A stretch of DNA of 64,000 nt from Bispira polyomma. Taxonomy: Eukaryota. The stretch's first letter is position 1, and every line of letters begins with the position of its first letter. The stretch lies in assembly GCA_965649765.1 (NCBI GenBank), contig OZ287752.1, positions 66,836,001 through 66,900,000 of the forward strand, read 5' to 3'. The notes beneath the pieces were generated by a model, which made no database searches, was not told the DNA's origin, and saw nothing but the letters and a program-made list of their open reading frames with translations. Positions 48,051 through 61,260 of the stretch are shown piece after piece. The translations under genes and the position numbers were made by a program.

Positions 48051-51000
48051 GGACTCTAAGGCGCACCAGCACAAGAGACAGTTATCCAATTTCCAAAATC
48101 AAGGGACAGAAAAAGGGTCAGCAACATAGAGCGCGCCGGGGGATGATTGAGACTAAGGTGGATATGCTTTAGTGTACCAATGGGTTTTAAGCTTCTTTCT
48201 AAAACAGGCTAGTGAGGGGGAAGCACGAATCACATCAGGAAGACCATTCAAAACAATGGGAGCATCAAAAGCAAAGCTGTGACCAAACTGTTTAACCGAC
48301 TTTTGAGTAGATGGGTGGAACTTCGGAACAAGGAAATTACTACCACTCTGACTACGTCTGGTATTGTAGGAACTACTGTAAGTGGAAAGATATGGGGCAA
48401 AATACTTTGGAAACCCAGTGTGGAGAAACTTATAAACAAGTGTAGCTGTCTTAAACACTGAACGCTGTTCAACAGGGAGCCAATGCAATTTCTTAAGAAC
48501 AGGAGTTATACTAGTGTATCGACTGGTGTTTGACACAATTCTAGCTGCACTATTTTGAATGCATTGTAATTTGCGTAAATTAAACTTTGAGAGACTCCTG
48601 AAAAGTGAATTGCAGTAATCCAGTCTACTACTGACAAAGGCATTGGCCACAAGTATAGAAGCATCATAAGTGAGAAACCGTCTGACACGTCTAAAGTCAC
48701 GAAGTTGCATAAAACAGCTTTTGCAGACACTCTGAACGTGTTTAGAGAAAGAAAAGTCAAAGTCAAACCATACACCCAGGTTCTTGACAGAATCAGCTGG
48801 ACTGAAAGGGCTTGAACCGTAATCATAGGGTCATAATACACCTCAACTGGCCTGAAGGCCATTCCGTCAATGCTGCTGTATGTCCTAACTCATATTTGAA
48901 CTCATATTTTACTCACTCTACCCTCAATTGATACAATGACAAGCCAAATCAGAGCCATGGGAAAGGGTTCCTTGATTTTCAAAGTGGACATAAGCTGTGC
49001 ATTCCGACAAGTGACCATGGACCCAAAAGAGGTTACTTACTGCGACTATATTGGGATGGGTACTATGTGGACGGATCGCTGCCCTTCGGCTAAAAACCCG
49101 AATCCGCCATCTTCCAGCGAATTTCAGATGGCATACAGTATATTATGAAAGGTGAAGATCACCACATTACAAATTATATTGAAGATCTCCTATGTTGCTG
49201 GACTCCTACAAAAATATACAAAACATATTATCGCCAACAGAGCCTGTTAACTGAATAAGGTCTTACCTTGAATGACAAAAAACTAGTTCCTCCGGTGACC
49301 CAGGTTACTTGTCTAGGTATTAATACTGTTACAGTTGAATTTACTACCTCAATACCAGAGGAAAAACTCGCAAATGTTCAAGCTATGGTGATACTTGGGC
49401 TGATAAAAAATACTGCACAAAGAGAGAAGTCCAGTGTTTACTGGGTTTACTTTTGTATGTGTCAAAGTGTGTAAAGTACTCCAGGTTTTTCCTAAATAGG
49501 ATGCTACAGCTTTTTAGAAGCAATCATAAAAGCAAATCATTCAAAATTTCCCCTGAATTTCGACAGGATTATAAATGGTTCAAGACTTTTATGGGTTTAT
49601 GGTAGCCAGGTGTACACACTTCCCATACCTCCTGCACCATCAGAACATTGCCTTTCTTGAAATATTAAATATTTTGGTCGCCTTGAGACTATGGGCTCAT
49701 CAGTGTAAAGGTCCTGTTAAAGTGTGATAACCAGGCTGTGGTTAGTGTCCTAATGGCAGGACTCGGGACCCTGCGTTGGTCTTATGCTCCCGAAATATTT
49801 TCATGGTGGCTAGCCACTATGATGTTGAAATACAAGTCATTCATATACTAGGGGACCATAACACAACTGCTGACATGCTGTCCAGATGGCCAACTCCAGC
49901 CAGGATAAAATTCGCTTGCATAGTCTTGTAGGCCAGGTCCTGTGATGTCCAGTGACCGAAAAACAACTGTTACTTAATTGAGAGCTAGAGCTGATATCAT
50001 GACACATCCGGATAAAGCCGTGTTAGTCATCAAATGGTCTAAAACCATGCAAAACAACAAACAAATTAAATTAATAACAGTTCCACGTTTGTCAGGCTCA
50101 CCATTATGCTCTGTTAGGGAAATGGAGGACATTTTAGCACTCACCCCCTCTGGTGATAATTTACGTCTGTTCCAGTTCAAAGTCAATCACAACTGGTTCC
50201 CCTTAACAGACTCAATGGCACATTGTCACTTTGAAAACATCTTCACCAGGTGACAACTAAAAAGCCTCGGGACTTACCTTTCACGCTTTTCGTAATTCAG
50301 GTACCACATTCACTTGCAACCATAATGTCAGCATTCAAAATATCCCAAAACATGGCACCTGGACCTCGGATTGAGTGTGAAGGTACGTCACCGATACTGT
50401 CAATGCTGGCCACCAAGTGGCTGAAACCTTCAGACAACAATTGCCCCCCCCCCCCCTCCCTTTAATCCTACTGCTTTTGGGTTTGGGTGTTTAATAGTTA
50501 TTTCCAAGGCTTACATGTATGTTAACTCTAACTTTATCTTTATCATTTAGTTAACTTGCTAGTTCAAACTTAGAGTCTGCTGAACTATAAAATAGTAATT
50601 TAACTTTTCAGTATAAAGCAACTATAACTTTAACTTTTCACAAGTATTACTTTAACTGTTAACTATTGCTTTAACTTTTCGCAAGTATTGCTTGGCTGTG
50701 TGTTTAATGCTTATACTTGACTGTTTCGAGTTAACAAATTGTATTGTAATGGTAACTTGTGTTAAAACTTAAGATTAATCCTTTGGAATGTAAGGTCACC
50801 TTTCTGAAAATGAGTGACTAAGGGCTACTTAAAGTAACATGGACAATGAAATTTAGTTATTAAGGTGACCTCACCTTAAAATTATCTATTAAGGCTAAAA
50901 CATTTATTTTTGGTGGCCCTAAGTCAACAAAGTTTGGGCAAAAAAATTAATTTTACTCTACTGTGACCTTAAGTCGCTTTGTACATAGTCATAGCCTAAC

Positions 51001-52696
51001 ATGTAGTCTAACAATAAATGTTTTACCGCATCATGTTGTATAACTACCTTGTCTTCTTGACCTCTGACCTCTTTGGCCTGTTACCAGGGAAATATAAAAT
51101 GAACACCCCTGTGTCCAATCGTTAAGCTCAGGACAACTACAGGGTTTTATTAAACATTTCAGTTGTAATGGGAAATTGGCAGATCAAACCTTTGTACATC
51201 ATTTCAAATTTACTGTCTTGCATCACTTCAATTCTTATGTAAAGGTTTGTAAAAATATTGTAAGTGAAATTAACTGTTATTCAGTAAAATGGTGTATGAT
51301 TGAAAGTGTATTGCAGGCAAAAACATTGTCAAAAAAACGGCCTAGTGGATGGTTGGTGTCGTAGAAAGTAATAAAAGTCAATACAAAAACGGCTGTATCA
51401 CCCAGTAAGTCTCTGTCTGGGACCCCCAGTTGTAAATAACGTTGATCTAGAGTTACAGAACAGAATAACATTAAATGTTGAAAAACTTGAAGTGCCACTC
51501 ATCGTTTGGATAGAATTTTAAGGTTAATTTACTGTTAATTGCATATCTGAAATGTGGGAGGATTTTCAATGACTTTCAGGTGGTGATAAGCTGTGTAATC
51601 CGCTACCTAAAGCTGATGACTTATGAACTTTAGAATATAATACATCAAACCCAAACGTAAGGGATAAGTTGTCTTATATGGGGTAAAAAAAAACTTTTAA
51701 GAGGTAATTATTTATCTTGTCTATTTGAAACCCAGCCACTGTAAAAAAAAACAAAAAAAAAAAACAAAAAAAAAAACAGACAAGATATTACTATTTGGTG
51801 TACATTATGTATAACTACACCATAACAGTATTATATAACTTCATAAAAAGTCTTTTGAACTAATTTTTACCATGAACTCCTGTGAGGCAAAAAACTGAGA
51901 TTATATATGTGCCTCAGTTCAAGAATGAGTTTCAGAATCTTTATAAATAATGTATGTATGGAAACCCCCTATACTTCTGAGAATTCATTGCCTTATGTAT
52001 CATCACCCCCACCCCCAGCCCATCCTTCCTTGACAGGACAGTGACCTATGACAGTGGGATCAAATTCTACTTATTGCTTCATGTTGAAAAGTTGGCCATA
52101 TACTTTTTTGCCCATTAGTGTATGTCTCCACAAGTACCATCTGGCGATGTATGATGTGCGATGTACAATTTGCGATACATATTTGTGGTTTGTGTCTCTA
52201 CAGTGTGTTTCGGTACAAGGATTACATGACTTTTAATTAATTTAATATTGTTTATGACGCCACTTCTGCTCATTTTTTTTCTGATGCGAAAATTTCTGCT
52301 CCTGGAGCAAAAACTTTTATTGCAATTGCAAATAGTACAGTGGGTTTGTGTGTGTGGAGGCAGTTCTATATAACTTATAAGTAGGAAACAAATCGTCATC
52401 ACATATCGTACATGGTATGGTAAAAATTGTACCTGTGGAGACTTACACTTAGTCGGTGGTGCCATGTGCAAATAGTACTGGTTTCCCCCACCGATATATT
52501 TGGCCATCACCACAGGACCAAAGATATCGTCAAAAGTTATGTAAAACCCCAAAATTCAAATTTGAATTCCCTCCTTCTGTCCAGTTACTATTTCTTGTAT
52601 ATGAAGCATTACAATTTGTTCATTAAACGTCTTGATTCCTATTTATGGGGGAGGTGGCAAAAAGTTGTTAAAACAACAAGTACAACATTTTATCAT

Positions 52697-52963
52697 GAAT
52701 TTGAATTTAAATTTGGATGTTTAACGTCCACTCTAGTACCTTTTAGTAGGTTATATTGGGACGGGTAGTTGGAACGCTGGAGGAAACACTGTATACAGTT
52801 GGTCAAGGTTCTACACTGAAACCAGCGGCCCACAGTAAGGAACTACCACCTTTCCCACATAGGCATCGACAGGAGTCGAACCCACGCAAACCGATCCCAG
52901 AGGTGGGAGACCAGTGATTGTGAAGCGCACTGCTTGCTAACCACTAGGCCACGGCGGCCCCCC
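52697..52963 (-). mobile_element. tRNA-derived SINE, near full length
   Basis: Minus strand GGGGCCGCCGTGGCCTAGTGGTTAG (A-box) ... GGTTCGACTCC (B-box) ... GACGTTAAACATCC followed by an AAATT-type tail. Confidence 0.8.
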
Positions 52964-53029
52964 ATTTTATAATGAACTTGTTTGTGGCTCATTTATAAAT
53001 GTTACTTTTAAAATGTCTTCATCCAATTA

Positions 53030-56000
53030 GTTGCACACCCAGCGCCAATCAGGCATGTAGTACTTTACCTACTAACAGTATTAATGTTGTTCCCAATGTA
53101 GTCGTTACTAGTGTGGTTGAGCCAGTAGCAGAGGCTATAGCCTCTTCCTTAGATTACCTGCGCTCTAATGAAAAGTTGCAAACACAAGTAGACCAATGGT
53201 TACTTCAGCTCCAACAGCTCAATCAATTAACAGGAGCAGGTAAATTAAAATCCCAACGAGGTGGTACTGATGCCCATATTAAAAAGGCTGTAGATAGGCC
53301 CCAGAACTTTGTTCTTTCTGGAGCTAAAAAGGTTCGACCTACATACGATGATTTGACTTTGGTTCAATTTACTTCTGGATTCGTGAGATGTGTACAGGAA
53401 CAAAAGTCCCCTGAGATAAAGGAAGCTATGCTTGAGTATTTAGCCAACCTTATGGACGACGCCTCATGTTATACTGTTGACAAACATGGAATTAGATCGC
53501 CTTAAATGGACGGATGTAGATAAGGTTAATCGTATTCGCCGGGAATATGCCCAACAGCACATCTCGAGTAGTGTTGGTTCTGGTTTAAAGGCTAGTACTA
53601 GTAACAAGCAGAAAACACAGGCTAAAACACAAGGTGTCAATTGTCGATTTTTTCAGGAGGGTACCTGTAAATTTAATGCCACCCATTGAATTTCTGGCCA
53701 GCTTTTCAAACACTGCTGTGAGACTTGCGATGGCTCTCACCAAACTAAATTATGTTCAAAAAACGGGTAAAAAAACTAAGGGCCCACTGCAGTGATGGAG
53801 TGGGTATGACAGTCTTTAGTAAGGTTGTATATAACTCGGGATTCAAGGATTTTAAATTGTTAACTAATGTGTGTTCCAAGCAGTATGCTTGTTTTAACGA
53901 GGTTGTACATAAATCATATGGAGATGTACTTGTAAAGGATGAAGTGATTGGCAAGACCCCAAAACAAATTTCTGCTGTGGGCGAAATCGAGGCGGGTAAA
54001 CTGGCAGATGTTTTGGTTCAAAACAGAAACAACCTAAGTACTAAAAAGGGTTCTGTATTCGATCAAAGGAAAATTAAAGCCAGAAATCCTTCGGTACACA
54101 GTTCCCGCCCCCCTGTCAGGTGGGAAATGTGTAACAGTGGCATTCACCACAAACATACACGGGGTGTCAAAAGTCGCTCAGTTCAAGTGTCCAAGGGCCC
54201 TAATCCTTTAACCAAGTGCAAAGCTGCCAACAAGCCTTTGTTGAGAAAAGGGGGGTAACCCTGTGAGTGCTGACACATGTTTTCAATTACCACTCTACAA
54301 TCGATATGGTGTGCTAGACACACCTTGTGGGGAGGGGGGAAGTCACGCTAAATTGGTTGATTGTCTGGAGGTCCCCCTTTCTGAATTGGGTTCCCAAATT
54401 AAGAAAACAATTAACAGAAATACAGAGGTGTCAGCCCCCAGGAAAAAACCCCACGAAAACAAAGACTGATTTAACAGACGATCAATATGTTCTGGACATG
54501 TGCCGGTCACTTGATAAGCGCAAAAGACTTAATGACGCTAAAGAGTGTGATATTTTGAAGTATGGGACCTGCAAAACAGCGGAAAATTTGGTTTTATTCC
54601 CCTGTCATCCTGGGGCGAAAAACTTTCAGATAATTCTCAGAAACAAAGTTCCTTAAATGTCTTTACACTTCACAAGTGGTTGCAAGAGGACAGCCGCCCT
54701 AAGTATAGGGGACTACATATCCCAGTCACTTCTCAATTAAATGCTTCAGTATGGGCTGCCTACTTGAGGGACTACTGGGACTGGGAGCTCCCCTTGCTTA
54801 TCAAATTCGGTTTTCCTCTTGACTTTACTGACAAAGGCGAATTTAATTCTGATCTTAAAACCATTCCTCTGCTAATCAGTACCCTGAACATGTCACCCAT
54901 TACTTGGAGGAAGAATGTAAATTGGGGGTCATGTATGGTCCCTTTGATGTGCCAACAATTTTAAATTTACATACCTTCCCTTTCATGACTCGCGACAAGT
55001 CTAGCTCTACCAATCGTCGTGTCATAGTTGACTTAAGCTGGCCTGAAGGCCATTCAGTAAATTCTGCCGTGTGTCCAAATTCCTACCTGGATAGAGAATT
55101 CTTATTGACTTACCCGTCTATAGACACTATAACAGCCTAGGTGCTTGCTATGGGCAGAAGCTCTCTCATATTTAAGGCTGACATTAGTTGTGCTTTTAGA
55201 CACGTGTCAATGGACCCAAAAGAGCTAAATTTACTGGGACTATATTGGGATGGGTACTATGTAGACGGGTCCCTCCCTTTTGGCTACAAGCACGGCTCGG
55301 CTATATTCCAGCGAATTTCGGATGGGGTCAGATATATCATGAAAGGTAAAGGTCACCATATCAAAGGCGAATTTAATTCTGATCTTAAAACCATTCCTCT
55401 GCTAATCAGTACCCCGAACATGTCACCCATTACTTGGAGGAAGAATGTAAATTGGGGGCCATGTATGGTCCCTTTGATGTGCCAACAATTTTAAATTTAC
55501 ATACCTTCCCTTTCATGACTCGCGACAAGTCTAGCTCTACCAATCGTCGTGTCATAGTTGACTTAAGCTGGCCTGAAGGCCATTCAGTAAATTCTGCCAT
55601 GTGTCCAAATTCCTACCTGGATAGAAAATTCTTATTGACTTACCCGTCTATAGACACTATAACAGCCCAGGTGCTTGCTATAGGCAGAAGCTCTCTCATA
55701 TTTAAGGCTGACATTAGTTGTGCCTTTAGACACGTGCCAATGGACCCAAAAGAGCTAAATTTACTGGAACTATATTGGGATGGGTACTATGTAGACGGGT
55801 CCCTCCCTTTTGGCTACAAGCACGGCTCGGCTATATTCCAGCGAATTTCGGATGGGGTCAGATATATCATGAAAGGTGAAGGTCACCATATCCTCTACCA
55901 TATCGACGATCTCCTTTGTTGCTCAGTTCCATCTAAGATATATACCACATATCACCGATTGCAAAGCCTACTGGCAGAATTCGGTCTCACCTTGAGTTAG

Positions 56001-57656
56001 TCTTTCCTGCCACAGGTGTTACTTGTCTTGGTATAGTCATAGATACGGTTGAGTTTACTACGTCTATTCCTGAGGAAAAATTAATTACTATCCAAGCCTT
56101 GTGTGACAAGTGGGCTGGAAAGAAATATTGTACGAAAAGGGAACACCAATGTTTATTGGGTTCCCTTCTCTACGTGTCAAAATATTCAAGATTTTTCTTG
56201 AACCGCATGTTGCATCTCCTTAGGAGTAACTACAGGGCAAAAATGTTCAAAGTTTCCACTGAATTCACTAAAGATTTGAATTAGTTTTGTACCTTTCTTA
56301 AAAAATTCAATGGTGTTTCATTTTTCCACCATAACTCCATTACAGCCACTGTAGAATTGGATGCCTGTCTTACAGGCATGGGGTGGGGGGGGAGGTTGGC
56401 AACAAAGTCTACGCCTTGGCTGTACTTGATGAATTACAAACCCTCAATATTGCCTCTCTGGAGATGCTAAATATATTTGTTGCCTTAAAACTGTGGGGGG
56501 CAAGGCCAAAAGGTGCTCATAAAATGTGATAACCAGGATGTGGTTAGCGTCCTTACCAATGGTCGTACTAAAGATACCGTCCTGGCTTTGTACTCACGAA
56601 ACATCTTTATGCTGGTTAGCCACCATGACATTGAGTTACAAGTTTTACATATATTAGGTGACAACAACACAACTGCAGATCTGCTGTCCAGATGGGAGAA
56701 TTCTACACAAAACCATGCAAAATTGCATACACTTGTATGTCCAGTGCAGTGGTGCCCTGTGACTGATTAACATTTCAAACCTGCTCATATGGCAAATTAT
56801 TTGTCTGCCATCAAGGTCGAATTATTAGTACATGACGTTCCCATTCAGGCCTTCAGTGATCCGCGCATAGCCTACTACCAGAAAGTGGTTCAACTATCCA
56901 CCCCCCTTCAAGTGAAACTCAAGAAAATTATAGACATTCCAACTTTGCAAAATATTGTGTCTCTGTCACACTCAACTTATATGGGTTTAGTGTTTAAAGC
57001 AATATACTTGCTTAGCTTTTTCTCATTCCTTAGACTCTCCAACCTGGTTCCCCATTCGGGCCCACATTTTTCTCCTCTTAGGCATCTAGCCAGAGCTGAT
57101 GTCCTTTTTCACCCTGATAAGGCTGTCATCCTTATCAAGTGGTCAAAAACAATGCAAAGCAATAACTAAATAAAACTACTCACTGTTCCCCGGTTACCTG
57201 GCTCACTGTTGTGCCCTGTGGATTCACTGAAGGCTTTAGTGAGGCTCACTCCCTCGGGACCTAATTCTCCATTGTTCCAAATTAAGGTTAACAAAGATTG
57301 GATTCCACTCACAGGCACCAGAGTGCGTCGTCATTTTAAAGATATATTGCTAAAGCTTAAACTGCAAGATTCTGGCCTCACCTTCCACGCTTTCCGTCGT
57401 TCAGATGCTACCTTTGCTTTCAACCATAAAGTAAGGATTCAAAATATCCAAAAACATTATTAAGTATGTCTATGTGAAGTCTAACTTATTTACACTGTAA
57501 AGAATGGCTATGATCCCATCAAATAATTATACTTAAGGTGACTTTAAGTCACCATGTACAAAGTAGATTCTAGTCTAATAAATAAATTACCACATTCTGT
57601 GTTTACCCACCTTGTCTTCATGACCTCGGATCCTTTAGTCTGTTACCGGGGAAATG
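53030..57656 (+). mobile_element. Degenerate Ngaro-type element, 5'-truncated, single B end
   Basis: gag (GKLKSQRGG, CRFFQEGTC), RT (RRVIVDLSWP, LPFG, HIDD), RNase H (KCDN, ADLLSRW), YR lacking its N-terminus (FLRLSNL, FHAFRRS); ends ...CCGGGGAAATG. Confidence 0.88.
54832..55891 (+). repeat. 530-bp tandem duplication inside the RT region
   Basis: 54832-55361 repeated at 55362-55891 with few substitutions. Confidence 0.93.
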
Positions 57657-58461
57657 AGGGTATAATCAGGGAGACATCAGTTTTTTAATGATGAAATAGA
57701 GCTTAATAATAGATACCGCATGAACAGATTAAAAAAGTGTATGCATACTTCACCCTCACAGTAGTGGATTATTTAAATAGACAAGTTTGTGTGAAAATGT
57801 TTAATTCAAACTAAGAAGTATCTTAAATGTCACATATCTCGTCTTTAGAATCTTTAGAAAAGCCAAAAAATATTGCCGGATGCTCAGTCAATATTTCAAT
57901 GAACACTGACAAAATGCAAATCTAGAATATACACAAAGGTAATCCCATGAGAGCTCAAAAATGTTAACCCAACACAGATTCTAAAATAGATTGGATGAGG
58001 TCTACCAGTCCTATGAGAAAGAAGCCAATGAGTGAAAAGCAGTATATGAAACATATTTGGAGTTTATTTTAAAACATTCATTCATTACCCCTTTTTGTTA
58101 CAACATTAACAACATGTTAGCATTACTATACATCACTGTCTGTTAACACAACTACTTTGACAGATTACTTTTGTTAGGATTATTAACAGCTTTTGTTATG
58201 ACATTAATATTAATCTACATGTTAAAACTCTACTACTGACACCTATAATACAATATAGCTGGGAAGCGTTTAGCTCATGGAGCATTCTAGCTTACATCTT
58301 TTATAGTTACTAATCAGGCATGCCGTTTACCTACGGTGTTAAGCTATCATTGACCATAGTTGAGGAATGTCTGGGGATACTAAAACTTAAGTATCGAAAT
58401 TTTAAACAATTGTAAAGGGCCAAACCCCAAATAAGTTGTAGGAATTTTAAGACAGTAACTT

Positions 58462-59419
58462 TTAAAAGGTAGTGGGTTCTACACTAGAAGCTTTTGGAGT
58501 TGAATTTAGGTATGTCCACACCGCATCACTCTTCCAATTTCCATGGGTTTTAATATTTTGCAAATTAACATTGCTGTCAAAAGCAAGAAAAGCACCGCTT
58601 CTACGAAATGCATGAAATCCAAAAGCTTTGGGAGAAAGTCCAATCTTAGTAATAGCCAGTTTAAGAAAAGATCTAGCTTTAAAGGCTGTAAGAGGTACTA
58701 TACCAGCTTTAGTTTTAATTAAAAATAGAGGAGACTCTTCCTGAGCAGGAAATTTTTTACACATTTGTCAAATTGCTTTTACCGGGCAGATCAATTTGTC
58801 GGATAATAAAGGCAATTGTACTACATGGTATTGACCTGAATACGTGCATATTTTTTGCACACGTCATTACAATATGTATACCTGGATTACCCCATATGAG
58901 ATCAGCACTAGTGGGAAATCGTGTCCTATCAAATTCCTTTACTGAATTTGGTACTAAGGAAGCAACCCTAAAAAAGCCAAAATAAGCACTTAGAAAGAGA
59001 GCTACATACGTTTCTGCATTTAATAAACCTTGTATTGCTTTAATCAATTTTTTCAGTTGGTTTACGGTTAGGACACCCTTTACCTTAGGTTTGATCAGGG
59101 CACTGATCTTAACTGATATTATTAGCATTTGCACTTTTCTAGAAGTGAGACCATTTTTAGGCCAATCAAAAAGCCCAAAATAATGGGAGAGAGTCGACAT
59201 GTGGTTGCTGATAGACGCAGCTCTGAGTCCTTGTTGAATGAGGTACTCTACATAGCAGACGAGAGTCCGTGGACAGTGGGGAACTGTCAGCTGTAAGAAG
59301 GTCATGAAGGCCAGGAATAAGTTAAACGTCGCATCATAAGGATTTACTGGTACGAGGTCTCAAGGCCGTAGGTATGCGCTCTATAGCTTGGTGTTCCAAT
59401 CTCTCAGCCATTGATTTGC
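58462..59419 (-). pseudogene. Tyrosine recombinase, frameshifted
   Basis: FFRVASL, FHAFRRSGA, HGNWKSDAVWTY in ORF pieces 58757-59305 and 58462-58764. Confidence 0.88.
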
Positions 59420-59624
59420 CTTGAAACATATTACAAAGCAACGCAGTACTATGCTCTAGCATGTCATATGACATGTATTTTGGGCTTTAATGAGGCTATA
59501 AATCTTCCACATTCTTATTCTGGTCTATGTTAGAGGAATCATTGTAATCTATAAATGCATATACATATACTTATGCTGTGATCTTTTAGAAATTGTTACA
59601 TAATTATATTTCATTATAATGACA

Positions 59625-61260
59625 CTATATATAAAAAATTGGCATTAACATGTCACCATGTGTAGGTAACCAAGTACATTTATTCTTTAGGTAATTAACT
59701 GTTGAAATATTGACATCTTGATAAACATGACATCTAGACAAAATGTCTGCATAGACATTATCGACTCCTGGTATATGTAGCACCTGCAACTCAATATTGT
59801 GCGCAGCTACATAATACCAAGTTGTACGAAGGCAGGCCATAAGCCATGGATCTTTAGCCTTTTTTGAGGTAAATATCAGGACCACAGCAAGGTTGTCACA
59901 CCACAGTGTAACTTTAGTATTCTGCCATTTATGAGCCCATAGCTTGAGAGCCAATAAAATATTGGCTGCCTCAAAGTGGACAATAGATCTATAGTTTTTA
60001 ACTGACATGGGGCTATCTGCACTATACACTTGTCCATTAAAATAACCACCCACTTTCTCCAATGAAGCATCTACATATACTACATGATTAATGGTATTTT
60101 TAGTATGTATTTCCACTACCCCATTAAAAACCTCCAGAAATTGGTTAAACCATTGGATATCTTTAAAAAACATTTCCGGTAGTTTAATACTTCCTTTCAT
60201 AGGAGTAGTACGTAAAACCTGTAAAATATGATCAATGAAGATACGTGCTGGTCGCACACATCGATGTATATAAAGGAGCTTTCCAGTCAGCCTCTGCAAT
60301 TGGTTTCTAGTAGTAGTTCTTTTCTAAACCAATTTCTACATAACTCTTTTACTTCTTTAATTTTCTGACTAGGAATAGTTAACGTACCTGTACTGGCATT
60401 GATATTTATCCCCAAACAATTAATTTTAGGAGCTGGATATTCCAGCTTTTTACTATTAATAGGAAGGCCTAATTCCGTGAGCAGATTTTTTGCTGATAAG
60501 AATTGTGAGTTAGCTACTTGGGGAGGAGCGACCCCAATAAAATCATCTAAATAATTCATTATCCAGACGTTACGTTGACGCAACGTTGATGTTACAGCGT
60601 CAGTACATAACTGGGAAGCAGCCGTGCCCTTACGAAAACTGAAGGGTAACCCTATATCGATACAAGTATTATCTTGCCATTGCAGGCCCAATACAGGATA
60701 GTCGTATGGATCAATTCTTAAATTTCTAAAAGCTCTCTGAAGATCAATTTTATATAACAACACTGTAGGACCATACATTTGAATTTTTTCAACCACTTGG
60801 TCAATAGTAGGATATTTTAAAGTGAAACGTATATTATCATATACATCTATGGGGACACAACTATTTACACCCTGGCCTAAAGGCCATGACAGGTCCACTA
60901 TTACCCTGGTACCTCCATCTGGCTTAGGCCTAGCCATCAGTGGAGAAAAGTGTGTATTTTCAAAAGGTTTACCTTTAATGGGTCTAATCATAGCCCTATG
61001 TTTTACCTCTACCGCAAAGTATTAATTTACCCCTTTAGGATTGTATAAAGCCGACTTATGATTAGACACAGAAGAATTAAAAATGAATGTATCATAATTA
61101 ATATTTAAAGGGAAGCCAAATTGTATATATTCTCCTAATATTTTTAGCCCTTTAGCATCTGCCTCCAAGCTGGAATCTTAAGGCCAGAGGGAACTGTAAT
61201 TCTTGCTCCCTTGTAGTTAGGTACACCCTTACTTTTAACTGCATTGTGAATTGTATTTAA
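59625..61260 (-). pseudogene. Reverse transcriptase / RNase H, disrupted
   Basis: KIDLQRAF, YLDD, CLGINI; RNase H VDAS, FEAANI, WCDN, ADILSR. Confidence 0.88.

Larger units (their letters stand above)
34899..48819 (-). mobile_element. 5'-truncated L2 LINE (parts 34899-34949 and 48051-48819), interrupted in its 3' hairpin
   Basis: ORF2 C-terminus 48153-48710 (SRLDYCNSL, LHWLPV, KAYPP); (ATTACA)n-type tail at ~34899-34914; 8-bp TSD TAATCATA at 34891-34898 and 48820-48827. Confidence 0.88.
33150..51094 (+). mobile_element. Older degenerate Ngaro-type element split by an L2 (parts ~33150-34898 and 48820-51094); left boundary approximate
   Basis: gag (GKLKSQ, EYLANLMDDA) and RT start (SPFMTRDKS) before 34898; RT resumes at 48820 (WPEGHSVN, FKVDISCAF), then RNase H and YR C-terminus (KWSKTMQ, HGTW); B-like end with AATAAA and ...CCAGGGAAAT. 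Confidence 0.82.
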
